From IMG/VR virus record IMGVR_UViG_3300030333_002322: 64,000 nt of DNA. One strand, given 5' to 3'. Made by a program: the position numbers and the translations under genes. Every line of letters begins with the position of its first letter. Position 1 is the stretch's first letter. This DNA comes from a virus. This document shows, piece after piece, positions 48,318-57,662 of the stretch. The notes under the pieces were generated by a model. That model had not been told where the DNA came from and made no database searches. It was given only the letters and a program-made list of their open reading frames with translations.

Positions 48318-49857
48318 TACTGACGTCGAGACTAAGAGTTAGCTCTCTACCACCTGCGCTATACCCTGGTAAAATTTCAAAGTGTCTGTTCATAATATCT
48401 TTGATCTGTAAACCTAAACGATATTTCCTATCGAAATAATATCCTAAATTAAAATTAAATGTTGACATATCATCTATAGGTCTGCCATCAAACTCTAATC
48501 CTTTATCGTATGCTCCTACATATTCAATCATATAATCAAAGTCACCCCAACCATTATAGTAAGATATCTTTGTTTGATATTTAGGAACCCTAAGTTTGTC
48601 TGTGTCTGTGTATTGTGCCAATACATACCAACTTCCGTTCTCAGTTATTATATGATTAGCATACTTAATACCTGTAGATGTGTACTCTCCAGAGTTTATA
48701 TATTGATATTGCATAAAATCAAAATCAATACCCTCATCAAATTCATATCTCCATGCAGTAAATTTTCTATAACTTATTTCAGCACCTTTACCTTCTTCAG
48801 GTTTTAAACTAGGGTTTGCACCCACCCAGTCATCCCCAAATCGTTCATATAAATTAGGAGATCTAAAACTGTTACCTAAGGAAAACTTAATACCTTTTAA
48901 ATCTAATCCAAATCTAAATATGTTTGTTGACTCTTCACGACGATAACCAACTCCAAAATGTGTATTTTGCCAATTCACATATACTGCTGGTCTCTCATCT
49001 TCTAGATCATTATATTTTTCTTTCTGATATGTTGCACCCAATAAAAAGTCACCTATACTTTCCTTAGCGTCAATGTAATATCTATCATTATCTGCTTGCC
49101 AAGTTTTATCTCCTGCACTAAGATGTTCAGTATCATTTCTACTGTAACCTAGTGTTAACCAATCATTTCGTATTGATGATGTTAACTTTGTGCCATTTTG
49201 TTTACATTCATCTGTATTACTCCAGTCAACAGCATAACAATTATCATACTCATATTCATAATCTGTAACTGTAGAAAGAAACTGAAATCCTTGCCACTCC
49301 ATTTTAGATCTTAATGTTGTATTTTTAAACCAATCGTCTTCACTATTGTCTGTCATTACAGAACCGCTAGTACCATGGTATCTTGATACAAGTAAATGCT
49401 TATTACCAAACATCACATAGCTTTGGTCTTCACCACCTTTACTATATAATACGTCTTGCCAATATTCATCTTCTATCAATACTGTTCCTGCCATACTTGA
49501 ACTTCCAAATAATACAGAGTTAGGTCCTGATATTACTTTATAAGATTGATATGAAGGAATGTCTACACCAAAGTCATACCAACCAGAGCCAGGATCGTTT
49601 ACAGGAATTCCATTTCTAAAAACTGCTGTATTTTTTACGTCAGTTCCATTTAATGTTGCTCCAATAAAACCACCCCTACCTCCAGGTGCATATATTTTAA
49701 TGGGTTCTATTGCTTCTATTGCTAGGTTATCTGTTTCAGGATCTGAAAACCCGTTTTTGATTGTTGATCCAACAATTACGATTTCTTCTATATCACTTTG
49801 TTGCGCATAGACAGACGTGGCCAAAAAGGCCACGACTAATACTACCAAATTTTTCAT
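48313..49857 (-). CDS. TonB-dependent outer-membrane receptor, BtuB-like
   Basis: Signal peptide, TonB box EEIVIVGS, plug (NGIPVND...VISGPNSVLFGSSSMAGTVLI), FRSPNLYE...NPSLKPEEG, and C-terminal GYSAGGRELTLSLDVSI. Confidence 0.85.
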   Translation of the reverse strand: MKNLVVLVVAFLATSVYAQQSDIEEIVIVGSTIKNGFSDPETDNLAIEAIEPIKIYAPGGRGGFIGATLNGTDVKNTAVFRNGIPVNDPGSGWYDFGVDIPSYQSYKVISGPNSVLFGSSSMAGTVLIEDEYWQDVLYSKGGEDQSYVMFGNKHLLVSRYHGTSGSVMTDNSEDDWFKNTTLRSKMEWQGFQFLSTVTDYEYEYDNCYAVDWSNTDECKQNGTKLTSSIRNDWLTLGYSRNDTEHLSAGDKTWQADNDRYYIDAKESIGDFLLGATYQKEKYNDLEDERPAVYVNWQNTHFGVGYRREESTNIFRFGLDLKGIKFSLGNSFRSPNLYERFGDDWVGANPSLKPEEGKGAEISYRKFTAWRYEFDEGIDFDFMQYQYINSGEYTSTGIKYANHIITENGSWYVLAQYTDTDKLRVPKYQTKISYYNGWGDFDYMIEYVGAYDKGLEFDGRPIDDMSTFNFNLGYYFDRKYRLGLQIKDIMNRHFEILPGYSAGGRELTLSLDVSI

Positions 49858-49871
49858 AATGTACTTAAAAT

Positions 49872-50465
49872 TTATTTGCTATAATATTCTGCTACTTCCG
49901 TGCAGCCCCTAATACCCATTGGAACATAACCTGCATGTCCACATGGATAAGAATAGCGTTCCACCAAGTCTCGGTGTTCACTACTTCTCCTTTTACCATA
50001 AGTTCTATTTACATATGACTGTGCGTATGAACCTAAGTTTAACATACGATCAATCTCCATGTAATTGAACCCAGAGTCTTTCATGTATCCAATATCAATA
50101 TCCCTACATCTAGGAAGTGTTGCATCTGGATTTACATACCAACAGAAGTCTTCCCTAACTCTAGGTAAACTTACTCTTGGTTCTATAATAGTTCCGTCAG
50201 GTAGAATTAAGATACTAGGTTGATAATAATGTCTGTAATTACCATGCCTACGTCTTTGTTCATACCCACCATAACTATTATATCTGTCATTGTAATATGG
50301 GTGAGGATAGTCGTCCCTATACTCTCTATTCTTTTGTATCTCTGATCCCAATAGTCCGCCAAAGATAATACCAGCAATTACATCTGATGTATCTGCTGCT
50401 TTAACAGGTGTTGCCATAAATATGGCTGCTAATACTGCCCCTACTATTATTATTCTTTTACGCAT
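49872..50465 (-). CDS. Exported hypothetical protein
   Basis: Signal peptide (VKA/A) and a glycine-zipper-like AGIIFGGLLG. Confidence 0.55.
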   Translation of the reverse strand: MRKRIIIVGAVLAAIFMATPVKAADTSDVIAGIIFGGLLGSEIQKNREYRDDYPHPYYNDRYNSYGGYEQRRRHGNYRHYYQPSILILPDGTIIEPRVSLPRVREDFCWYVNPDATLPRCRDIDIGYMKDSGFNYMEIDRMLNLGSYAQSYVNRTYGKRRSSEHRDLVERYSYPCGHAGYVPMGIRGCTEVAEYYSK

Positions 50466-50510
50466 ATATCTATACCTCCATTACTATATATACAATAATT
50501 TAAGCACAAA

Positions 50511-51119
50511 TTAAGCCTTTTGTAAAGCATTTTGTTTCGCTTTTGGTCCTCTAGTTCTTTTGATTTTTTTATTCCTTGTTTCTAATCTTTTAGTAACTTC
50601 TGAAGGAGTCATCCAAAAGTCTTTGCCATCTACCATTTGTTTAAGTTCTTGTGGTGTTAAAAAGTCCTTATATACAGACTGGAATAAATGTCTTGCCCAC
50701 TTATCATCTGCTTGTACATTAGCTATCTGTTCGTTACCTTTACCCCAATTACCTGAACTATATGTATGGAACATGAAATGACTATGTTCAGATATTTCAC
50801 ATATCTCAGCACTTAAAAATATTAATGTTGCTGCTGACATACACATACCTTCTACCGAGGCAATTACTGTTGCAGGACTTTCTGCCATTGCTTTCATTAA
50901 TTGTATTGCAGTAAACATAGCACCGCCCTCAGAATTAATGTGAATTATAACAGCATCATGTTCACTAGACATCCGTAGTATCTGATTCCAATCTTGATAC
51001 TCTTTTGGTTCTCCTATTATGCCTGTTAAATATAAATCAAAGACACGGGCAACAGGTCTTTCGTAAGCGTTGCCCGTGGGTTGTATGTTTATTGGTTTTG
51101 CTGGACTAGATTCGCTCAT
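50511..51119 (-). CDS. ClpP-like serine protease
   Basis: HINSEGG, EGMCMSAATLI, FMFH and DFWMT. Confidence 0.85.
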   Translation of the reverse strand: MSESSPAKPINIQPTGNAYERPVARVFDLYLTGIIGEPKEYQDWNQILRMSSEHDAVIIHINSEGGAMFTAIQLMKAMAESPATVIASVEGMCMSAATLIFLSAEICEISEHSHFMFHTYSSGNWGKGNEQIANVQADDKWARHLFQSVYKDFLTPQELKQMVDGKDFWMTPSEVTKRLETRNKKIKRTRGPKAKQNALQKA

Positions 51120-51456
51120 AATATCTCGTTACCGCCTTTATTTTTTCAATTTGTTTATCAATTATTGCCGTTCTATTGGGCCAATGTATATATTCCTTCT
51201 CAGGATTTTTCTGCAAATTAAACAGTAAAGGTAGTATGAGATCTTCTACATCACGAAGTTTAGTTGCCACATCAGATTCAATAAGAGCTCTATGCTCATT
51301 TATCATTCCGGAGTTATCAGCTGTCAGTATCTTGGCTTCTAGCTGCTGTAATTTGTCCATTATTTTATCTTCATCTACGGACGGAGCTACTGGTTGTTGA
51401 GCCGGTTGGTCCGGTTCATCAACTGCCGTAAAACCAAAATCAAATTCTTCTGCCAT
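51106..51456 (-). CDS. Conserved hypothetical protein
   Basis: FDFGFTAVDE...ILPLLFNLQKNPEKEYIHWPNR; CATAAATA upstream at 51475-51482. Confidence 0.65.
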   Translation of the reverse strand: MAEEFDFGFTAVDEPDQPAQQPVAPSVDEDKIMDKLQQLEAKILTADNSGMINEHRALIESDVATKLRDVEDLILPLLFNLQKNPEKEYIHWPNRTAIIDKQIEKIKAVTRYYERI

Positions 51457-51477
51457 AGTTTTCCTCCTTACTACTAT

Positions 51478-52011
51478 TTATGCCTGTTTTAGTTGTTTGG
51501 ATTGTCTTTGGTACTTCTTTATTTTCTTTTCTAGAGCTTTGAAAGCACGCTCTAGTTTGAACTTTGAAACTCTTTGTGTAAAGTTTTGTCCTACCATATG
51601 ATCGTATTCGTGTAGTATAACTCTAGCACCTATCCCTTCATATGTTTCTTGTTTTTCTTCACCGTCAGAATTATGATATAATATTGTACATTGTTTAGGT
51701 CTATTTACCATTAACCACAAACCAGGGAATGATAAACAACCTTCTCTCATAACTTCTTCATCATCACTAACTGCTATTAATAGTGGATTGAAAAATGCTT
51801 TTTGCATGCCTTCAGGTTTGCCATCTCCAATAACAAAGTATGCCTTATCAATACCTACTTGATTAGCAGATAAACCTACACCACCAAACTTTTGCATTGC
51901 TTGTAGTAATTCAAATTTAAGTGCTTTTAAATCTTCCTTTTCTATATCCAACTGTTTTGGAGGTTCCTTCAGTTGAGGAGATGTAAAAGGAATTAATTCT
52001 AAATCGCTCAT
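51478..52011 (-). CDS. def: Peptide deformylase
   Basis: GVGLSANQ, EGCLS and HEYDH. Confidence 0.95.
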   Translation of the reverse strand: MSDLELIPFTSPQLKEPPKQLDIEKEDLKALKFELLQAMQKFGGVGLSANQVGIDKAYFVIGDGKPEGMQKAFFNPLLIAVSDDEEVMREGCLSFPGLWLMVNRPKQCTILYHNSDGEEKQETYEGIGARVILHEYDHMVGQNFTQRVSKFKLERAFKALEKKIKKYQRQSKQLKQA

Positions 52012-52241
52012 TTTGTTCCTAAATTAAGTATCTGTTGGAACTCTTGGAATCCACCAACAGGGTTATCATCAATAAAAATTTGTGGAAATGTTCTTGCATT
52101 GGGTACTTTTTCAAACAGTTCTTCTGCTTTATAGTCTGCATCTAGTAACAAGTATTCATAATCTAAACCCTTTTGTTCACAAAGTTGTTTTGCTGATGTG
52201 CAAAATGTACATCGTGTTTTTCCATATATTGTAACCTTCAT
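52008..52241 (-). CDS. Glutaredoxin
   Basis: CTFC, TFPQIF and GG. Confidence 0.92.
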   Translation of the reverse strand: MKVTIYGKTRCTFCTSAKQLCEQKGLDYEYLLLDADYKAEELFEKVPNARTFPQIFIDDNPVGGFQEFQQILNLGTK

Positions 52242-52265
52242 TTGTTTTCCTTTTAAATATTAACT

Positions 52266-52922
52266 TTACGATACTCTTTTTACTATGTAAAGATTATCAT
52301 CCTTGGCTTTCATTTTTAGTTCACCATGCTTTTTCATTTCTTCTTCTGCATACTTTTCTCTTCCAGGCTTTACATTATTAAAGTATTCTGGACCTATATA
52401 GGTAGCAATATCATAAGTTATCCAATTATTGCCATTACGAACTAAATCTTCTTTTATTAATTCTACTCTCTCATCAAATAATTTGAATGAATTTTCTGGC
52501 CACTCTACATCTTCAATAATAAAAAGGCCTCCTGGTAGTAACTTCTCTAAATATAAATCAATAGCTTTGCATTGATCATCTATATTATGTGAACCATCAT
52601 CAATAATAATATCCATTTCTGGTTCAAACATATTTGCTACTTTTTGTTGATAAGCATCAGCACATAAACTAACTATTCTTTCTGAATCTCTAATTCGTCT
52701 ATTAGGTACAAGTCTATCTATTGTCCAAATAGTAGCCCTAGGAAAATAATCTCTAGCTAATAAACAAGAACCTCCATATGCAGAGCCTATCTCTAAATAA
52801 TTTCTAACAGAATGTTGTATAGGCTCAAACAATTCATCATAGACTTTAGGTCCATATGAATGTGGCCAACATTTATCTGTTAAATATTCTGGTCCTGAAT
52901 TAAATTGTTCTGTGTATTTCAT
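52266..52922 (-). CDS. Class I SAM-dependent methyltransferase
   Basis: YLEIGSAYGGS, DIIIDDGSH and PGGLFIIED. Confidence 0.85.
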   Translation of the reverse strand: MKYTEQFNSGPEYLTDKCWPHSYGPKVYDELFEPIQHSVRNYLEIGSAYGGSCLLARDYFPRATIWTIDRLVPNRRIRDSERIVSLCADAYQQKVANMFEPEMDIIIDDGSHNIDDQCKAIDLYLEKLLPGGLFIIEDVEWPENSFKLFDERVELIKEDLVRNGNNWITYDIATYIGPEYFNNVKPGREKYAEEEMKKHGELKMKAKDDNLYIVKRVS

Positions 52923-54592
52923 TTTGCTATTACAGAATAATTCTGCCTCTTCTCAAATTTAATAACTGATCTAAACTTATCAAAAAGTTGATCTCCCTTA
53001 TGAGATATTACGAAGACATTCGTATCTTCTCCTATTGTATCTAATAGTTGCATAACATATTGTGTTCCATCATTATCTAAACTACTATCAAACACTTCAT
53101 CTAATAAAAGTATATTAGTACTAGCGCTGTTTTTCATCTTGGCAATAGTTCTCCAAGTAAACACCAATGCTAAATCTATTCTTTGTTTTTCACCTTCACT
53201 AAAAGATGCATAACTAAATTTATCTCTAAACCTAGACTTAATTGTTTCTTTGAATGTTTCATCCATTTCAAACTGAACAAAAAAGTCCATTGCTGCAAGG
53301 TATTTATTAACTAATTTGTTTATTATAGGAACATATTGTCTAATTATCTTAGTTTTAATACCAGAATCTTTTAATAAGGAAGTACATAGACTATAATAAT
53401 GATTTGTTTCATTTAAGTCTGTTTTTTCTGTGGACTTTTTAATAACATCTTTGGCAAGTTTCTTTAACTTGTCTTTCTCTGCTGTTATATCTCCTACTTT
53501 ATTTTGAGTCTCACTCATCTCTAATGTAAGTCGTTGTATTATTCTTTGTTGTGCAATAACTTCATTATTAGAATCCATTATTTGTTTGTCTAATTCATTT
53601 ACTTGTTCAACAAGTTGTTCTACTTCTTCGTACTTCGTATTCAGTTCTTCTAGAGCACCTTCCAGTTCAGAGACTTTCTCTTCATCTCTTTGTGTCATTA
53701 TCTCTTTATGATCATGCTCAATACCTTGTTGACAAACAGGACACTCCTCATTATTATGGAAGAACTCTATTTGTTTTCTGTGGTCGTTAATTTGTCCTGT
53801 GAATTTGTCTCTGTATCTTTCGAGCTCCCGTTTCTTCTTGTCAACGTCGCCCAAATTGCTCTTCTTCTCTGTTGCTGCATGTGTACTTTCTTCATAAACC
53901 TTAATCGCGTGTTCTGCTTCATTAATTGATTCCTGTAGTGAGGTTACTTTGGACTCTTTATCGTCCTCCAATGTCTTTATATATTGTTCTTGAAGAGTTG
54001 CTTTCTGCTTTGCTACATCTACTTCACCTGTTATAAGTCTTACTTTGTTTTCTAAATCATTTACCTTTGTCTTTAACACACCGTTCATGGCAGTAAAGAT
54101 TGTAATGTCTAATATGTCTTCAATTATCTCTCTTCTTGCTCCTAAATGTAACTGCATAAAAGGAGTAAAAGAAGCACTACCTAACATCACTATCTGTGTA
54201 AATGATTTGTAATTAAGTTTAAGAATATTTTCTTCTAAATACTTTTGGAAGTCTCTAATGTTAGCATTCTTATCTAATAACTCTCCATCAATTTCTATAT
54301 CAAATACTCTTGGTTGTAATCCTCTTCTTATAAGATAATTTTTACTGCCTATCCTAAAGTTAATTTCAACCAAACAATGTTTGTTGTTAATAGAATTAAT
54401 TAGTTGTGGTTTACTTACATTTCTAAATGGTTTATTAAATAATGCAAATGTTAAAGCATCTAATAATGTAGATTTGCCACTGCCGTTTTCACCTACAATC
54501 AATGTGCTGGGACTATGTTGAAAATCAATCTCGGTCCACGCATTGCCTGTAGATAGAAAATTTTTCCATCTAATATTTGTAAATTTAATCAT
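52919..54592 (-). CDS. gp46: Recombination endonuclease ATPase subunit (gp46, Rad50-like)
   Basis: GENGSGKS, CPVC zinc hook, FSEGEKQRID and LLDEVFD. Confidence 0.97.
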   Translation of the reverse strand: MIKFTNIRWKNFLSTGNAWTEIDFQHSPSTLIVGENGSGKSTLLDALTFALFNKPFRNVSKPQLINSINNKHCLVEINFRIGSKNYLIRRGLQPRVFDIEIDGELLDKNANIRDFQKYLEENILKLNYKSFTQIVMLGSASFTPFMQLHLGARREIIEDILDITIFTAMNGVLKTKVNDLENKVRLITGEVDVAKQKATLQEQYIKTLEDDKESKVTSLQESINEAEHAIKVYEESTHAATEKKSNLGDVDKKKRELERYRDKFTGQINDHRKQIEFFHNNEECPVCQQGIEHDHKEIMTQRDEEKVSELEGALEELNTKYEEVEQLVEQVNELDKQIMDSNNEVIAQQRIIQRLTLEMSETQNKVGDITAEKDKLKKLAKDVIKKSTEKTDLNETNHYYSLCTSLLKDSGIKTKIIRQYVPIINKLVNKYLAAMDFFVQFEMDETFKETIKSRFRDKFSYASFSEGEKQRIDLALVFTWRTIAKMKNSASTNILLLDEVFDSSLDNDGTQYVMQLLDTIGEDTNVFVISHKGDQLFDKFRSVIKFEKRQNYSVIAK

Positions 54593-55650
54593 CCTATATC
54601 TTGTGCTTCCACATATAAACTTTGTAACAGATTCTTAATTCTTTGTTTATCTAAATCTGTTTCAACTGAATTGACATAATCTTTTAATAAAGTCATTGTG
54701 TCTTCTAAATCTATATCTTCACCCAATGCTTCATCTTCGAACTCTGAGAAATCTTCTATAATTTTTAAATCAATTAAATTACATTGATATAATTTATCTA
54801 CAAAGTGGTCAAACCTTGTAAAGTCTGTCTTATTGCTTACAATTAGTTTTACACAACCACCAGTAATACTACCGAAATCAAAATGGCTGATACTATTAAC
54901 ACCTTCAAAGGTGGAGTCATCATAATAGATTTTATGGAAGAGTCTATAAGGGTTGTTATGGTATTCCAATGCTCTTTTGTTAGTATCAAAGATCGCAAAT
55001 CCTCTAGGGTCTTCGTAATCACTCCAGGTGATTTCATAAGGGTTGCCCATATATGTAATATTGCCTCTAGAATGGCGATGGTGAAAGTGGCCACTAACAA
55101 CGAGCTCAAAATCACTAAAAATAGAAGAATCCATGCCGTGGAGATTAGGCATTCCAGGAAGAAGGTCGTAACCTGCGAATTCGAAATGTCCGAAGCAAGT
55201 CTTTGCGTCTGTCTCTTTAATTTTGGCCATAGTCCTGTCATAATTTTCTCCGCATATCCAGGGTAGGTAAAGAACCTTTTCCCTATCTAACATTATCTCT
55301 TCTGGCTCTTCGTATAATGTTATGTTATTGTATTCACCAAGTAATAAGTTAGGACTGTTTACTTCATTTGTATTTTTAAAGTATGTATCATGATTACCTG
55401 GCACCATATGTATTTCGATACCCAACTCTGCTGCTTTGCCAAAGAAGTATCTTTTACAAGACTTCAATGTATTGAAATTAATATACTTCCTCCTATCAAA
55501 TATATCACCTAAATGACATATTGTTTTTATGCCTTCCTTTTCTAAGTAAGGAAAGAAAAAATCAGTATAAAATTTTTCAAAATAAGCATCAAATGCTAAA
55601 TGATCTGAACGAGCACCAAAGTGCGTATCTGTAACTAGAGCAACTTTCAT
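54589..55650 (-). CDS. gp47: Recombination endonuclease subunit (gp47, Mre11-like)
   Basis: TDTHFG, LGDIFD, GNHD and SGHFH. Confidence 0.97.
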   Translation of the reverse strand: MKVALVTDTHFGARSDHLAFDAYFEKFYTDFFFPYLEKEGIKTICHLGDIFDRRKYINFNTLKSCKRYFFGKAAELGIEIHMVPGNHDTYFKNTNEVNSPNLLLGEYNNITLYEEPEEIMLDREKVLYLPWICGENYDRTMAKIKETDAKTCFGHFEFAGYDLLPGMPNLHGMDSSIFSDFELVVSGHFHHRHSRGNITYMGNPYEITWSDYEDPRGFAIFDTNKRALEYHNNPYRLFHKIYYDDSTFEGVNSISHFDFGSITGGCVKLIVSNKTDFTRFDHFVDKLYQCNLIDLKIIEDFSEFEDEALGEDIDLEDTMTLLKDYVNSVETDLDKQRIKNLLQSLYVEAQDIG

Positions 55651-55652
55651 TG

Positions 55653-56127
55653 TTAACCTTCGTATATTGCTGAATTAGCTCCATGTTCTCTCACTTCACA
55701 GGATACTGCATAACACCTGTTGTTTGTTTTCTTTTTTACCAAGTCATTAGCAAAGTGGAATGCTTGTTCTGCAAACTTCTCACATCCTACTCCGTTCATA
55801 ACTCGTACTTCTGACAATCCTTTCTGTTCTATTAATAGAAACTCTTGTAGTTCAGGATCGTCTTTTGCTACTGCATGTTTGTGGTCGAAATTATCTTTTA
55901 ACCACGCTTTTAAATCTTTTAAATCACCAAAGTCTACCACCCAATTTTTATCATCAAGTTGGTCACATCCAAATTTAAAACTAAAAGACAAAGCGTAACC
56001 ATGTAGTAAACTACAATGACTATGAGTTGCCAAAGGTTGTCTAAACATACATGAAAGCCCTTGTTCATGTCCATAAGTTTTTGTAGAGTAATACTTGTAA
56101 TCTCTATAAGGTTCCGGTTGGTTCATT
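55653..56127 (-). CDS. queD: 6-carboxy-5,6,7,8-tetrahydropterin synthase
   Basis: CSLLHGY, WVVDFG, FDH, CEKFAE and VREHGANSA; GGAG SD before MNQPEP. Confidence 0.88.
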
Positions 56128-57222
56128 ATTATATATCTCCTTGTATAAGTTAGCTGCTCCAAAATACTCTAGTTGCAACCTCTGCTTATTTGTTTCAATG
56201 TCAGCTAAGACTTCATTAGTATTATAACTATCCATCAAAGTAACAATCTTTTCTTTTAATTCTTCTTTATGCTGCTGATAAAATTTCCAATTCTGTGTCC
56301 ACTTAGAAGGATACATAAATCTATCTTCATACATTTCTTTATAACTTAATCTTTCAGGTACTAAAGGCATTCCTTTTGTACACAATGCTTCATAACAAGA
56401 TATGCCTAATGTTTCTTGTAAGTTAGCACTAAATACCATCTTTGCCTCACCTAACAATTTATGATATTCAGGTTTTGTTAATTCTTTTTCTTGGCATACA
56501 ATAAATTCATATTGAGGTAATTCTTTTTCTAAGTCTTTAAATATATCTACTTGTTTCTCAGGAGCAATTCTATGTGGGAATAAAATTATATCTTTTTTAT
56601 TTGTGTATTCTTTATCTTCAACATCTTCTCGTATCATTAATTCTAGATACTCCATAGGCCAACCTGATCTAACCATTTTATTTGATAAATATTCTACCTT
56701 TTTAGGTTTTTGCCAATCAGGATCATGGAAAAAACAATTAGCAAATAATTCCATATGAAATTTAGATGCAAAATAATTTTTATCTACTGCATGGAATATA
56801 GCTTCTTCTGTATGCCTTACCCAAGGTTTATCTCCTATAAGTCTACCTAAGAAATCATGTTTATCATAACTACCAGCATGCCATAAAGCATGTATTGTTA
56901 TATCTTTTTGTAATAGTTCTGCCATATATTTTAACTGTAAGATACCTGTATGCCAAGCATCTGCAAATACAAATTGGTCACCATCTTGTATTAAATCCTC
57001 AGTAAATCTTCTAGAAATCTCTATAACCTGTGCTGACTTGTAAATATTGGTACCACCAAAGTTTAAAAAAGCACCTGGAGATGTAGAAGGTGGTATGGAA
57101 TCTGGGCCTTCAATTGAAACGATATCTTGTCGTAACGCATTTGCTAACATCTGAGGAAATGCGTCTTTCCATTGGGCAGTATATCTGGATTCTACATATT
57201 CTAGATCAACTAAATAAATCAT
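56104..57222 (-). CDS. GT-B glycosyltransferase-like protein in the deazaguanine cluster
   Basis: FPHRIAPEKQ...QETLGISCYEA (E-x7-E) GT-B C-terminal signature. Confidence 0.7.
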   Translation of the reverse strand: MIYLVDLEYVESRYTAQWKDAFPQMLANALRQDIVSIEGPDSIPPSTSPGAFLNFGGTNIYKSAQVIEISRRFTEDLIQDGDQFVFADAWHTGILQLKYMAELLQKDITIHALWHAGSYDKHDFLGRLIGDKPWVRHTEEAIFHAVDKNYFASKFHMELFANCFFHDPDWQKPKKVEYLSNKMVRSGWPMEYLELMIREDVEDKEYTNKKDIILFPHRIAPEKQVDIFKDLEKELPQYEFIVCQEKELTKPEYHKLLGEAKMVFSANLQETLGISCYEALCTKGMPLVPERLSYKEMYEDRFMYPSKWTQNWKFYQQHKEELKEKIVTLMDSYNTNEVLADIETNKQRLQLEYFGAANLYKEIYNNEPTGTL

Positions 57223-57592
57223 TTTCTAATATTGCTCCGTTTTCATCATCTTCATATACTTCCACTCGGACTGCACGGTTAGGATACTTTTCCTCTATAT
57301 AATTTATAAGAGATTCTGCTATCATTTCACATGATTGGTGGTCTAATTGTAGTACTTCATTACTATAAAGTCTTTCCAATTCTCTTTTAAACTGTATGAA
57401 CTCCACATCTCTATCATTATGTGAAACACCTAGGGTTACATAAAAATGGAAGATGTGTCTATGAGGATAACCTAAAAAACTAACATCTCTCCAATCACCT
57501 GTTGCATAATCTGGATTTGTATCTGCTCCAGGGAACATGTGGACACCTTCTCTCTGGAAGGATACTTTTATCATTCTATTAGAAACTGACAT
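57206..57592 (-). CDS. QueD-paralog T-fold protein (DpdL-like)
   Basis: LGYPHRHIF (LxxxHRHxF), SCEMIA and VEVYEDDENGA. Confidence 0.65.
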   Translation of the reverse strand: MSVSNRMIKVSFQREGVHMFPGADTNPDYATGDWRDVSFLGYPHRHIFHFYVTLGVSHNDRDVEFIQFKRELERLYSNEVLQLDHQSCEMIAESLINYIEEKYPNRAVRVEVYEDDENGAILENDLFS

Positions 57593-57662
57593 ATAAAAAC
57601 ATCTCCGTAATAATATAACCTAACATCATTAGACCAACTAACCAACTTAAACTTTCCATATC

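Noticed and set aside
57579-57659. 26-aa hydrophobic ORF (MESLSWLVGLMMLGYIITEMFLYVSF) inside the deazaguanine cluster
   Set aside because: It is a plausible filler TM peptide but has no clear SD and no functional clue.
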